A DNA stretch of 63,721 nt, filler included, from Octopus bimaculoides (Eukaryota): NCBI RefSeq assembly GCF_001194135.2. It is 7 parts of 6 records of this genome, joined end to end, with 100 filler letters (N's around TTAATTAATTAA, not from the genome) between each part and the next. Parts side by side here need not be neighbours in the genome. Positions count along the whole stretch, not along the records: positions 25,274 to 34,847 come from NW_026374557.1; positions 34,948 to 43,146 come from NC_068993.1; positions 43,247 to 52,439 come from NC_069007.1; 4 more parts are not named here. One strand, 5' to 3'. The notes below the pieces were generated by a model that saw only the letters and a program-made list of their open reading frames with translations, made no database searches and had not been told where the DNA came from. Shown one piece after another: positions 28,301 to 43,440 of this stretch. Each line of letters opens with the position of its first letter. Position 1 is the first letter of the stretch. Both the position numbers and the translations under genes were made by a program.

Positions 28301-31300
28301 AAAGAACGTAAGTACGAGCGAACAAACGTACAAAAGAACGAATAAACTTACGTACGTACGTATGTACGAAGGAACGATAGTACATACGAACGAACGTAAT
28401 GTACGAAGGAACGAACGAATAAACGTACAAACGAACGTAAGTACGAACGAACAAACGTACGATCGAACAAACGAATGTACGTACGTACGAACGAACAAAC
28501 GTATGTACAAACTAACGAACGAAGGAACGTACGAACGAATAAACGTACGGACGAATAAACAAATGAAAGAACGAACGAACGTACATACGTACAAAAGAAC
28601 GAACGTACGTATGGACGAACGAAAGTACATACGAACGAATAAACTTAAGTCCGTATGTACGAACGAACGAATAAACTTAAGTACGTATGTACGAACGAAA
28701 GATCGAACGTACGAACGAACAAAAGAACGAACGTACGTACGAGCGAATGAACAACTGAACCAACGTATGTACGAACGAATAAGCTTACGTATGTACGAAC
28801 GAACGATAGTACGTACGTACGAAATGAAGGAACCAACGAACGAACGAACGTAATGAAGGAAGGAACGAACGTACGTACGAACGAACGAACATACGTGAAC
28901 GAACGTACGTACGCACAATCGAGCAAACGTACATACGTACGAACGAAGGAACGTACGTACAAACTAACGGACGAAAGAACGTACGACCGTATGTACGAAC
29001 GAACGAACAAACAAATGAAAGAACGAACGTACGTACGAACGAGCGAATGAACGAACGTACGTGCGTACGTAGGACCGAACGAACGAACGTATATACGTAC
29101 GTACGAACGAATGAACAATTGAACGTACGTACGAATAAACTTACGTATGTACGAACGAACAAACGTACGTACGCACGCACGAACGTACAAACGAACGAAC
29201 ATACGAACAAATAAACTTCCGTATGTACGAACGAACGAATGTAATGTACGCAGGAACGAACGATAGTACGTACGTACGAAGGAACGTAATGAAGGAACGA
29301 AAGAACGTAAGTACGAACGACCAAACGAGCGAACAAAAGAACGAATAAACTTACGTATGTACGAAGGAACGATAGTACATACGAACGAACGTAATGTACG
29401 AAGGAACGAACGAATGCACGTACAAACGAACGTAAGTACGAACGAACGTACATACGAACGAACGAATGAACGAACATACGTACGAACGAACAAACATGCG
29501 TTCGTTCGAACGAATGTACGTACGAACGAACGAACGTATGTACAAACTAACGAATAAACGTACGGACAAACAAATGAAAGAACGAACGAGCGAATGAACA
29601 ATTGAACGAACGAACGTACGTATGGACGAACGAAAGTACGTACGAACGAATAAACTTCAGTCCGTATGTACGAACGAACGAATAAACTTCAGTCCGTATG
29701 TACGAACGAACGAATAAACTTAAGTACGTACGTACGAACGAACATAATGAAGGAAGGAACGAACAAAAGAACGAACGTACGTACGAGCGAATGAACAACT
29801 GAACGAACGAATAAACTTACGTATGTACGAACGAACGATAGTACGTACGTACGTACGAACGAAGGAACGAAATGAAGGAACGAACGTACGAACGAACGAA
29901 TAAAATGATGTATGTACGAACGAACGAACGTAATCAAGGAAGGAACGTACGTACGTACGAACGAGCGAATGAACACAAACAAACGAACATACGTAGGAAC
30001 GAACGTACGTACGCACGAACGAACAAACGTACGTACAAACTAACGAACGAAAGAACGTATGTACGAACGAACAAACAAATGAAAGAACGTACGAACGAAC
30101 GTAATGAACGAACGAATATATGCACGAACGAACGAAAGTTCGTACGAAAGAACGAAGGAACAAACGAACGTACGTATGAACGAACGTACGTACGAATAAA
30201 CTTACGTTCGTACGTATGTACGAACGAACGATAGTACGTACGTACGAAGGAGCGTAATGAAGTAACGAACGAACGTACGTTCGAACAAACAAACGAGGAA
30301 ACGAACGAACGTACAAACGAACGAATGAAAGAACGAACGACCGAACGTACGTACGAACGAGCGAATGAACGTGCGTACGTAGGACCGAACGAACGAACGT
30401 ACATACGTACGAACAAATGTACGTACGAAGGAATGTACGTACGTACAAACGAAAGAACGTACGGACGAACGAACAAACGAATGAAAGAACGAACAAAAGA
30501 ACGACGGAACGTACGAACGAATGAACAATTGAACGAACGAACGTACGAATAAACTTACGTATGTACGAACGAACGAACGCAATGAAGGAACGAACGAACG
30601 ATAGTACGTACGTACGAAGGAACGTAATGAAGGAACGAAAGAACGTAAGTACGAACGACCAAACGAGCGAACAAACGTACGTACGCAGGAACGAACGTAC
30701 AAAAGAACGAATAAACTTACGTATGTACGAAGGAACGATAGTACATACGAACGAACGTAATGTACGAAGGAACGAACGAATGCACGGACAAACGAACGAA
30801 CGTACGAACAAAAGAACGAACGAACGAACGTACGAACAAAAGAACGAACGTATGTACGAACGAACGATAGTACGTACGTACGAACGAACGTACGTACGAA
30901 TAAAATTATGTATGTAAGAACGAACGAACGTAATGAAGGAAGGAACGAACGAACTTACGTACATACGAACGAGCGAATGAACGAACGAACGAACATACGT
31001 AGGAACGAACGTACGTACGCACGATCGAACAAACGTACGTACGAACGAAGGAACGTACGTACAAACTAATGAACGAAAGAACGTACGACCGTATGTACGA
31101 ACGAACGAACAAACATGAAAGAACGAACGTACGAACGAATATACGCACGAACGAACGAAAGTACGTACGAACGAATGAACATACGTACGAACGAAGGAAC
31201 AAACGAACGTACGTACGAATAAACTTACGTTCGTACGTATGTACGAACGAACGATAGTACGTACGTAAGAAGGAACGTAACGAACGTACGTGCGAACGTA

Positions 31301-34300
31301 GGACCGAACGAACGTACGTATGAACGAACGAACGTACATACGAACGAACGTATATACGTACGAACGAACAAATGTACGTACGTACAAACGAACGAACATA
31401 CAAATGAACGAAGGAACTAACGAACATACGTACGACCGAACGAACGTACGAACATACTTACAAACGAAAGAACGAATGTACGGACGAACGAAGAAACGAA
31501 TGAAAGAACGAACGTACGAACAAAAGAACGACGGAACGAACGTACGTATGAACAATTGAACGAACGATAGTACGTATGAAGGAACGAACAAACGTACGTA
31601 CGCACGCACGAACGTACAAACGAACGAACATACGAACGAATAAACTTACGTATGTACGAACGATAGTACGTACGTACGAAGGAACGAAAGAACGTAAGTA
31701 CGAACGACCAAACCAGCGAACAAACGTACGTACGCAGGAACGAACGTACAAAAGAACGAATAAACTTACGTACGTATGTACGAAGGAACGATAGTACATA
31801 CGAACAAACGTAATGTACGAAGGAACGAACAAACGTACGATCGAACAAACGAACGAAAGAACGTGCGTACGAACGAACAAACATGCCTTCGTTCGAACGA
31901 ATGTACGTACGTACGAACGAACGTACGGACGAACAAACAAATGAAAGAACGAAAGAACGTACGTATGAACGAACGAGCGAATGAACAATTGAACGAACGT
32001 ACGTATGAACGAACGAGCGAATGAACAATTGAACGAACGTACGTACGAACGAATGAAAGAACGAACGAACGTACATACGTACAAAAGAACGAACGTACGT
32101 ACGAACGAATAAACTTAAGTCCGTATGTACGAACGAACGAATAAACTTAAGTACGTATGTACGAACGAACGAACGTAATGAAGGAAGGAACGAACGAAAG
32201 ATCGAACGTACGAACAAACGAACGAACGTACGTACGAGCGAATGAACAACTGAACGAACGTATGTACGAACGAACGATAGTACGTACGAACGAAGGAACG
32301 AAATGAAGGAACCAACGTACGAACGAACATAAGTACGTATGAACGAACGTACGTACGAAGAAAATTATGTATGTACGAACGAACGAACGTAATGAAGGAA
32401 GGAACGTACGTACGAACGAACTTACGTACATACGAACGAACGTACATACGAATGAACGAACGTACGTACGAACGAACGAACAAACACAAACAAACGAACA
32501 TACGTAGGAACGAACGATCGAACGAACGAACAAACGTACGTACATACGTACGAACGAAGGAACGTACGTACAAACTAACGAACGAAAGAACGTACGACCG
32601 TATGTACGAACGAACGAACAAACAAATGAAAGAACGAACGCACAAAGGAACGTAATGAACGAACGAACGTACAAAAGAACGAATGAACATACGTACGAAC
32701 GAAGGAACAAACGAACGTACGTACGAATAAACTTACGTTCGTACGTATGTACGAACGAACGATAGTACGTACGAAGGAACGTAATGAAGTAACGAACGAA
32801 TGAAAGAACGAACGTACGTGCGTACGTAGGACCGAACGAACGTACGTACGAACGAACGTATATACGTACGAACGAACAAATGTACGTACGTACAAACGAA
32901 CGAACGAACTAACGAACATACGTGCAAACGAAAGAACGAACGTATGTACGAATGTACGGACGAACGAAAGAACGAACGTACGAACAAAAGAACGACGGAA
33001 CGAACGTACGTACGAACGAATGAACAATTGAACGAACGTACGTACGAATAAACTTACGTATGTACGAACGAACAAACGTACGCACGCACGCACGAACGAA
33101 TAAACTTACGTATGTACGAACGACCAAACGAGCGAACAAACGTACGTACGCAGGAACGAACGTACAAAAGAACGAATAAACTTACGTACGTACGTATGTA
33201 CGAAGGAACGAACGAATGCACGTACAAACGAACGTAAGTACGAACGAACGTACATACGTACGAACGAAAGAATGTGCGTACGAACGAACAAACATGCGTT
33301 CGTTCGAACGAATGTACGTACGTACGAACGTATGTACAAACTAACGAACGAACGTACGAACGAATAAACGTACGGACGAACAAACAAATGAAAGAACGAA
33401 CGAGCGAATGAACAATTGAACGAACGAATGAAAGAACGAACTTACGTACCTACGTACAAAAGAACGAACGAATAAACTTAAGTACGTATGAACGAACGAA
33501 CGTATATACGTACGAACGAACAAATGTACGTACGTACAAACGAACGAACGAAGGAACTAACGAACATACGTACGACCGAACGAACGTACAAACGAAAGAA
33601 CGAATGTACGGACGAACGAACGAACATATGTACGTACGAACAAACGAATGAAAGAACGAACGAACGTGCGTACGAAAGAACGAACGTACGAACAAAAGAA
33701 CGACCGAACGTACGTACGAACGAATGAACAATTGAACGAACGTACGAACAAAAGAACGACGGAACGAACGTACGTACGAACGAATGAACAATTGAACGAA
33801 CGTACGTACGAATAAACTTACGTATGTACGTACGAACGAACGCAATGAAGGAACGAACAAATGTACGTACGCACGCACGAACGTACAAACGAACGAATAA
33901 ACTTACGTATGTACGAACGTAATGTACGCAGGAACGAACGATAGTACGTACGTACGAAGGAACGTAAGTACGATCGAACAAACGTACGTACGCAGGAACG
34001 AACGTACAAAAGAACGAATAAACTTACATACGTACGTATGTACGAAGGAACGATAGTACATACGAACGAACGTAATGTACGAAGGAACGAACGAATGCAC
34101 GTACAAACGAGCGAATGAACGAACATACGTACGAACGAACAAACGTACGATCGAACAAACGAACGAACGAACGAATAAACGTACGGACGAACAAACAAAT
34201 GAAAGAACGAACGTACGTATGAACAATTGAACGAACGTACGTATGAACAATTGAACGAACGTACGTACGAACGAATGAAAGAACGTAGGAACAAACGAAC

Positions 34301-34847
34301 GTAGGAACAAACGAACGTACATACGTACAAAAGAACGAACGTACGTATGGACGAACGAAAGTACGTACGAATGAATAAACTTAAGTACGTATGAAGGAAG
34401 GAACGAACAAACGAACAAAAGAACGAACGTATGTACGAACGAAATGAAGGAACGAACGTACGTACGAATAAAATTATGTATGTACGAACGAACGTAATGA
34501 AGGAAGGAACGAACTTACGTACATACGAACGAGCGAATGAACGAACGTACGAACGAACGAACATACGTACGAACGAACGTACGTACGCACGATCGAGCGA
34601 ACGAACAAACGTACGTACGTACATACATAGGAACGTACGTACAAACTAACGAACGAAAGAACGTACGACCGTATGTACGAACGAACGAACAAACATGAAA
34701 GAACGAACGTACGAACGAACGCACAAAGGAACGTAATGAACGAACGTACAAAAGAACGAACGTACGAACGAACGAATGAACATACGTACGAACGAAGGAA
34801 CGAACGAACGTACGTACGAATAAACTTACGTTCGTACGTATGTACGA
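25356..34847. repeat. CpG-rich 4-nt-periodic satellite built from ACGA/ACGT tetramers and variants, with reshuffled higher-order modules
   Basis: Continuous (ACGA/ACGT/ATGA/AGGA/ACAA/AAGA)n filling a whole scaffold piece. Recurring modules include GAATAAACTTACGTATGTACG, GAGCGAATGAACAATTGAACG, GTAGGACCGAACG and AAACTAACGAACGAAAG. Polarity flips at ~26655, ~27420 and ~27848. Confidence 0.95.
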
Positions 34848-35019
34848 NNNNNNNNNNNNNNNNNNNNNNNNNNNNNNNNNNNNNNNNNNNNTTAATTAAT
34901 TAANNNNNNNNNNNNNNNNNNNNNNNNNNNNNNNNNNNNNNNNNNNNAATAGATTAAAATTCATTAATATCAACAGTTTAAGCTCTAAAATACTATTAAC
35001 ACATTCCAATACAACAACA

Positions 35020-35056
<37 letters not shown>

Positions 35057-35209
35057 TAATAATAATAATAATAACAATAATAATAATAATAGTATAAAGA
35101 AAATGTCTTTCATAGTTTTGGTGCAATTTCTTTGCTATTAATTAATGAACAGAAATGAACAAGCATTAGGTTCACTCTGTTGAATATGCTACGTCAGAAA
35201 TACGATAAT

Positions 35210-35313
<104 letters not shown>

Positions 35314-35796
35314 ACCGATATATATATATACGCTTTTTGTTTTCGAGTTAGTTTCTTTGTTCGTGTAACTCAACTGCTCTTTAATTGTTTCCATCACTAA
35401 TTTTACTGGCTTGGCATTATTTTAAACCTATAGGGTTCCACCTCAGAGTATATAATATCTAGGGTTACTTGGGATACAGTGTGTACTCTATAAAAATGCT
35501 GTTTTTGCAGCATGCGAACTCCCTGTATTGATTGGAGCCTCAAGTGAATATCATGTGACCCTGCTTTATACAGCACAGCGAAGAACACTAAAGTCACATT
35601 ATACCATCATAAAAGAAAGAAAGGTACATTGTATATTGTTGATTCATGAGTAAATAAATTATGACTGAAAACATAATACTAGATGGCCAAGGAGGCTTAA
35701 AAATGTTGACCATCGGTCTACTTAATCAAGTGTTATCTGGGACCAAAAAAGAAAATGAAAATCCTATGAATGTATGCATGCATATAAATATGTATG

Positions 35797-35827
<31 letters not shown>

Positions 35828-36554
35828 TGCATGTATATATATAACATGTATGTGTGTGTATATATATATATATATATAAATATGCATACATAGATATGTA
35901 TGTANNNNNNNNNNNNNNNNNNNNNNNNNNNNNNNNNNNNNNNNNNNNNNNNNNNNNNNNNNNNNNNNNNNNNNNNNNNNNNNNNNNNNNNNNNNNNNNN
36001 NNNNNNNNNNNNNNNNNNNNNNNNNNNNNNNNNNNNNNNNNNNNNNNNNNNNNNNNNNNNNNNNNNNNNNNNNNNNNNNNNNNNNNNNNNNNNNNNNNNN
36101 NNNNNNNNNNNNNNNNNNNNNNNNNNNNNNNNNNNNNNNNNNNNNNNNNNNNNNNNNNNNNNNNNNNNNNNNNNNNNNNNNNNNNNNNNNNNNNNNNNNN
36201 NNNNNNNNNNNNNNNNNNNNNNNNNNNNNNNNNNNNNNNNNNNNNNNNNNNNNNNNNNNNNNNNNNNNNNNNNNNNNNNNNNNNNNNNNNNNNNNNNNNN
36301 NNNNNNNNNNNNNNNNNNNNNNNNNNNNNNNNNNNNNNNNNNNNNNNNNNNNNNNNNNNNNNNNNNNNNNNNNNNNNNGAAGGAAATATTCTCTATGTGG
36401 CCTGTTTGTTTTCTGTGCTCTGTTTATGTTCTGTTTTTCATTTTGTCCACGTTTTTTTGTGACGTCCTGTACCCAGTTATGCATCTATATATACATGTAG
36501 ATGTAGGTATATACATACATGTACGTATATATGCATATACTCACATATTATTTG

Positions 36555-36628
<74 letters not shown>

Positions 36629-36920
36629 TACATATATATATATATATAACTACACACACTTACACACGCACATTCTACAAGTGTAGAATAGATATACAGC
36701 AATACACACACGCATACACATATACGCACACAAGTATGCAACGCGCGTGCGCGTTCACACACACACACATATATATAGAAAGAGAGAGAGGGAGAGAGAG
36801 AGAAAGAGAGAAGGAGAAAGAACGAGAAGGGGAGATAGATAGTTGGGTGGATAAACAGATGAAGTGATAGATAGATAGTTAGATAGATAGATAGACATAC
36901 ATACAGACAGACAAATAGTC

Positions 36921-36968
<48 letters not shown>

Positions 36969-37214
36969 GGCTTGAATATATGAGCGCTGTGAAGCGCGAC
37001 ACGTAACTAAAATTCGGGTTCAGATCTGTGTTTTGAAGCCAACAGGGACTAGTTCTAATGAGATTTTGAATGATTTGACGGTCCATTTTGCTAATGTTAG
37101 GAAAACAGGAATCTACGTTATCACGGTACAAAACAAAATGCTTCCGGTTAACGCACCATCTTCATTGTTCCCCATTGTAGAGTTTTATTCTTATTCTCAA
37201 AGATGTCAACTCTA

Positions 37215-38400
37215 ACCGCCTCCAGATATTCTTTTCACAATTCAGGTTTTATCCAGAATGATTTTAATTTGTCGATGAAGTCTATAACGACAGACACGTT
37301 GTTTTGAAATGCCTTGCGGACTGCACTGAGTCGTAAGAAAATATAATTCAGGTAGACTAGCTTTATCTTACATTTATTGTCAGAAAATTACATTGCAAAC
37401 TTGATTGCTTTATCGTTCCAATTTTTTGAAATGAATTTTTCCACTTCGACACTGCGACTCATGCTACTGCATCAACTCTCGATTTCTGAAGCTAAAAAGT
37501 GTTTCATCCTCAGTGATTAATTCTCGGAATAAATGAAGTATTCTTGTGTTCATAGGATTAGATTTAACAAAATTCACCAAGCCCACAACATTTTCGAGAA
37601 CAGATTTGAGCATTTTCGTACATAATGCATACCTAGGAATCATGTGGTGTATATTTTTTTAATATCAGAGTTGACATTTGACTCTCTTAGAAACCAGATC
37701 TACGATCTAGCATCGTAGCAGCGCCATCAGTTCTGCAACCGTCATTTATTTTTAAATAAAGAGCTTCTTTTACAAAGAAACACGATACAACTTCATATAT
37801 GTCGTCTTTTGTTGTGCTCCACAAGGGTTGACAAAACAAGAATTCTTCCTTAAAATCTGAATCCTTTATGTATATTGCGTTTACAAGCAGCAGGGCGTCA
37901 CACGGTATGTCTGTGAATTCGTCAAGCTGGATAGTAAAGATATCTAGCGTAGCCGTTTTGATTTTCAATATTACCTTATTTTATTTTTTATATATATAAT
38001 CTGATATGTCAAATATCCTTCGACGAACAGTATCATTTGACAGTGGCAGACTGTTCAGTTTCTTTGCTCTCTCTTCCCTAACATACAAACAACAAACAAT
38101 ATCTTTGCAGCAGAGCAAGATCAAATTTTCAGCAATTGTGTGAGATTTGTTTATTTAGTTTTTTGTTTCCCTAGGCAACCATAAAGGTAATATATAGGCT
38201 TGCTTTATTTCATTGCTACACTTGCCCCTTTCTGGTCAAGATGCATGCGCTTCATATTCAACACTTTCTGCTTGCAGAAATCTTGTCATCGAATAGTTTG
38301 TCTGGTGAAATAAACATCAGAGATACTTTGTACCCGGCTGAAACTGTAGTTGCAAAAATGCTACAGGCTTTTCTAATGAAGGCAATTAAAACTATTGTAT
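37215..38400 (-). mobile_element. Decayed hAT (Buster/Charlie, ZBED8/SCAND3-like) transposase
   Basis: Minus strand reads HTIAENLILLCCKDIV..LPLSNDTVRRRIFDIS..FTIQLDEFTD..KEEFLFCQPL..TDGAATML..SGF, with stops and frameshifts. Confidence 0.85.
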
Positions 38401-38421
38401 TATTTGTAACCCTTTAGACTG

Positions 38422-38640
38422 TGAGCTGGCAGAATCATTAGCGCAACGGACAAAAAGCTTAGCGGCATTTCTTTCGGCTCTTTATGTTCTGAGTTCAAAT
38501 TCTTCCGAGGTCGACTTTGCTTTTAATCCTTTCGAGATCGATAAAATAAAGTACCAATCAAGCACTGGGGTTGATATAATCGACTAATCCTTTCTTCCCC
38601 CAAAGTTATTGACCTTGTACCAAAATTACAAAGAATTATT
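38422..38640 (+). mobile_element. tRNA-derived SINE family B
   Basis: GAGCTGGCAGAATC (A box), GAGTTCAAATT (B box), central GAGGTCGACTTTGC..ATCCTTTCG.G.TCGATAAAAT..GTACC, tail CCTTGTACCAAAATT. Confidence 0.85.
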
Positions 38641-39446
38641 TAAAACCCTACTGAATCATCAGCAGGTATTTCAAGGTCACAAAAGTTTCACTCCTTAGCC
38701 TGTATACCTCACCTGAGTGGGGCAACGGGGATTGAATTAATCTTCGCTTACAGTTCCAACTGTAACTTCTTGTCAACGGTTGCCAGTTAAAATTAGTCTC
38801 AGTAACCATGGTTATCTCCTTAATTCTTTTGGGTTCCAAACCAATCTTCTAGAAATAGCACATTGATCTTGCTGCCTATAATACCAAATACAGCGAGGAT
38901 ACAATAGGCAGCAATATTTTTCTTCCTATATTTATTCCATTGAAACCAAATTTCATTTATAATTCACTGTATGAAACTTCTATTTTTTTAAACTACTGGA
39001 CGCCATAATTACAAGGGTGGAAAAAGCAAATATATCAGTAATTAGTTGGCTAAATAAACAACGATAATACTCTCTAATCTGATCTGGGTGTGTTAACAAG
39101 ACATTGCTGTAATAAACTTATAAAAAGTATTGCCTTTCGTCAATTCATCTTGTATCAATAAAATTATACTTGGGCAGCGGTTCGAAAATATAAGAAACAA
39201 TTGCCGGTTTTTGGCGTTAAAAAACAGTCAACAAGGGAATCAAATAACTATAACTATATATATTAATGGTGCTTAGCTGAAAGTTAGTTTTTCAAGAATA
39301 GAATTTCGAACATAAAAACTGTGCCGAAGCCTGTTGCAAGTGTGTATTTGTGCGTGCGTGTGTGTGTGTGCGTGCGTGCGTGCGTGTGTGTGTGCGTGTG
39401 TGTATGTGTGTGTGTATGTGTTTGAACATAGAGAGGAAAGATGGAG

Positions 39447-39499
<53 letters not shown>

Positions 39500-40572
39500 N
39501 NNNNNNNNNNNNNNNNNNNNNNNNNNNNNNNNNNNNNNNNNNNNNNNNNNNNNNNNNNNNNNNNNNNNNNNNNNNNNNNNNNNNNNNNNNNNNNNNNNNN
39601 NNNNNNNNNNNNNNNNNNNNNNNNNNNNNNNNNNNNNNNNNNNNNNNNNNNNNNNNNNNNNNNNNNNNNNNNNNNNNNNNNNNNNNNNNNNNNNNNNNNN
39701 NNNNNNNNNNNNNNNNNNNNNNNNNNNNNNNNNNNNNNNNNNNNNNNNNNNNNNNNNNNNNNNNNNNNNNNNNNNNNNNNNNNNNNNNNNNNNNNNNNNN
39801 NNNNNNNNNNNNNNNNNNNNNNNNNNNNNNNNNNNNNNNNNNNNNNNNNNNNNNNNNNNNNNNNNNNNNNNNNNNNNNNNNNNNNNNNNNNNNNNNNNNN
39901 NNNNNNNNNNNNNNNNNNNNNNNNNNNNNNNNNNNNNNNNNNNNNNNNNNNNNNNNNNNNNNNNNNNNNNNNNNNNNNNNNNNNNNNNNNNNNNNNNNNN
40001 NNNNNNNNNNNNNNNNNNNNNNNNNNNNNNNNNNNNNNNNNNNNNNNNNNNNNNNNNNNNNNNNNNNNNNNNNNNNNNNNNNNNNNNNNNNNNNNNNNNN
40101 NNNNNNNNNNNNNNNNNNNNNNNNNNNNNNNNNNNNNNNNNNNNNNNNNNNNNNNNNNNNNNNNNNNNNNNNNNNNNNNNNNNNNNNNNNNNNNNNNNNN
40201 NNNNNNNNNNNNNNNNNNNNNNNNNNNNNNNNNNNNNNNNNNNNNNNNNNNNNNNNNNNNNNNNNNNNNNNNNNNNNNNNNNNNNNNNNNNNNNNNNNNN
40301 NNNNNNNNNNNNNNNNNNNNNNNNNNNNNNNNNNNNNNNNNNNNNNNNNNNNNNNNNNNNNNNNNNNNNNNNNNNNNNNNNNNNNNNNNNNNNNNNNNNN
40401 NNNNNNNNNNNNNNNNNNNNNNNNNNNNNNNNNNNNNNNNNNNNNNNNNNNNNNNNNNNNNNNNNNNNNNNNNNNNNNNNNNNNNNNNNNNNNNNNNNNT
40501 GTATGTATGTATGTATGTATGTATGTATGTATGTATGTATGTATGTATGTATGTATGTAGAGTCCATATATA

Positions 40573-40605
<33 letters not shown>

Positions 40606-40650
40606 ATATATATACATATATATATATATATGTTTGTATATATATCATAT

Positions 40651-40717
<67 letters not shown>

Positions 40718-41437
40718 GTATATAGACTTCGGGGAAAGTAAAACGTGTAGAAATATTTTAATACTAAATTTATTCAAACATCAGGTGATTAATGCAAGTT
40801 ACTTTTAACATTTTTTAAACCTTTTTTTGGCATGTGGACAAAAATATATTTCCTTTGTATATATGCGTGCATGTGTATGTGTGTTTGAAGCCTTTCGTGA
40901 AGTATAGGCAAACTCAGCCATTGGTTAAATAGAGATCGGTAAAATGGCTGATGTTTGCAGAAGAGTTCAGTTAAATAAGTTCATGTAAAAACAAATAAAC
41001 TGACGTTTCTGGTTTTTAATTCCTTCATCTAAAACTGAAGAAAAGAATATAGTGTTTTCGGTTATGTTGTGGGCCATCACCCTTTCTTTTTCTTACTCTC
41101 GGATGAAGGGTAATGGTTCTAAACATTATATCATTCATTTCTCACGACAAATGAACATATGAAACTCTTTTAGGAACCCTGAATATATTAATTGGTTTAA
41201 GATGAAAAGAAAAAGATAAGAAAGTACAAAAGTGTAATCGACAACAGTGCTTGAAGGTCAAAACAAAAACTGTGTCAAGACAGTCAAATCCTGCCGGAGT
41301 TAACTTTGCTTTACATTGTTTACGGCACCGATAAAATAGAATAATAGACAAGTACGAAAGTTGATGGTATCGACTAATTACTTACCTTTAAAAGCACTCA
41401 CCTTGTGCCTAAGTTACGAACCATTTTATTAAGGCTA

Positions 41438-42010
41438 CGAGCTATCAGAATCGTTATCACGCTGGGCGAAATGCTTAGCGGTCTTTCGTCTGCCTTTACG
41501 TTCTGAGTTCAAACTTCAACAAGGTCGAATTCGTTTTTCATCCTTTCAAGCAATAAAATTTGCACCTGTAGAACACTGGGAACGTTGTAATCGTCTTACG
41601 ACCTCCCGAAAGTGCTGGCCTTGTGCCAAAATTTGAAAACATTATTAAGTTGTCGAGTTTGTCGAGAAAAAGAATGTCTAATGGTATTTCTTGCAACTCT
41701 TTACATTCTGAGTTCAATTTGCACCCTGGTTCATTTGAGCTTTCCTTCCTTTCGGGAACGACAAAATAAAGTACTGGTGAAGTATGTGAGACGATGGTAC
41801 CGACCAGTCCCTTCCTCTCAAAATGATTGGTCTTTTACCTATGTAAGAAACAATTGTTTATTAAGGTGGGTGAACTTTCAGAATCGTTAGGACGTTGGAA
41901 AAACCCCCTGCGGTATCTTTCCCTGTTCTTTGCATTCTAAGATCAAATCTCAGCCAGGTTAAATTTACCTGCCGTTCTTTTCGGCATCGCTGAAACAAAG
42001 TACTTGCCAA
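41438..42010 (+). mobile_element. Cluster of ~3 diverged, head-to-tail SINE family B copies
   Basis: CAGAATCGTTA../TTCTGAGTTCAA../TTTCATCCTTTC motifs recur at ~41445, ~41700 and ~41880. Confidence 0.7.
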
Positions 42011-43110
42011 ATACGATAGTTGCTGCCATCGGCTATCGTACGATGGCATATAAGAGAAACTCCTTCCTCCTACCACCTCCCACCAAAAAAAAAAACCCCA
42101 CATAAAATATAAATCATCCTGGGCCCTAGATGTGAAGTCAGGTCTCTTATAACCTTTAATGCACTAAATTCAATCTTTTCCTGAATATGCTTTGTTGAAA
42201 TTGTGGTGTTTCTAATATACATACCCGTACGTCTTTTATACCATCAAATGCAGTATTTCCCCCTCCCCTCAAAATTGCTGGCATTGTGCCTGAATTAGTT
42301 ATCATTTAGTAGTTCAACTAATAAAATTCCAACTTCTTTAGCTTCATTTTCAGTTGTTATTGTGTTGTGCTGTAGTTAACAATTGTGACCGGTGTATCAG
42401 TTTTCCTTGAATAATGCCAATATAGGCGAATTCCTCGTTCTAACTGCTGACAGCGAAAAAACAAAGAAAAAAATAAGCACCTAAATAAAAAATAAAAAAT
42501 AGTACGACGTGGAAATCTGAGCGCACGTTTCCATCACAAATTACGCGCGGTGTATAGAGTTCGTTACGTAAATAGATAAATAAAAGAAGACAGAAAGAAA
42601 GAAGGAGAGAAAAGAAGAAAGAGAAGGAAGAAGAGATTTAGAAATGAACAAACAAATAAATACGTATATATGTATATAAGACAACAACGAATAATAAACA
42701 AGAAAGAACAAGGTTTTGGGGTGGAGATTAAATTTTTTGGTCGATTCCATGTGGCTGGCTTGTTGTACATTAACTATTGTACTTTTTAATCTCAGAATGA
42801 ATAAGTAAAGGAAAGAAAAATACGTAAAAGAATAAAATAAAAACAATAACAATGAATATAATAATAATAATAGCAGCGACAACATATATATTTACGAGAA
42901 AATAGTAAACTGTAAACAAGAACACCAGAGAAGTTTCCATACCAGATTCCTACATATATACACACTAAACACACTTACATACAACACTCATCTTTCTTTC
43001 TCTTTCTCCCTCTCTCTCACACACACATACACTCACACATGTATATACTGATAAAGTTATTAAATATATATATATATAATAAATTTATCTGTATATACAT
43101 ACATGTGTGA

Positions 43111-43146
<36 letters not shown>

Positions 43147-43246
43147 NNNNNNNNNNNNNNNNNNNNNNNNNNNNNNNNNNNNNNNNNNNNTTAATTAATT
43201 AANNNNNNNNNNNNNNNNNNNNNNNNNNNNNNNNNNNNNNNNNNNN

Positions 43247-43274
<28 letters not shown>

Positions 43275-43278
<4 letters not shown>

Positions 43279-43440
43279 GACGGGTTTCTTTCAGTTTCCG
43301 TCTACCAAATCCACTCACAAGGCTTTGGTCGGCCCGAGGCTATAGTAGAAGACACTTGCCCAAGGTGCCACGACGCAGTGGGAATGAAACCGGAACCATG
43401 TGGTTAGTAAGCAAGCTACTTACCACACAGCCACTCCTGC
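43275..43440 (-). mobile_element. SINE family A copy
   Basis: Near-identical reverse complement of 20353-20520. Confidence 0.9.

Noticed and set aside
29720-31609. 629-aa ORF and dozens of other long R/S/F/V/T/Y-rich ORFs at 25365-34903
   Set aside because: They are by-products of a stop-poor tetranucleotide satellite; open in many frames with no protein-like complexity.
25356-34847. CRISPR-like repeat/spacer reading of the recurring modules
   Set aside because: No fixed repeat with unique spacers, no cas genes, and the context is eukaryotic.
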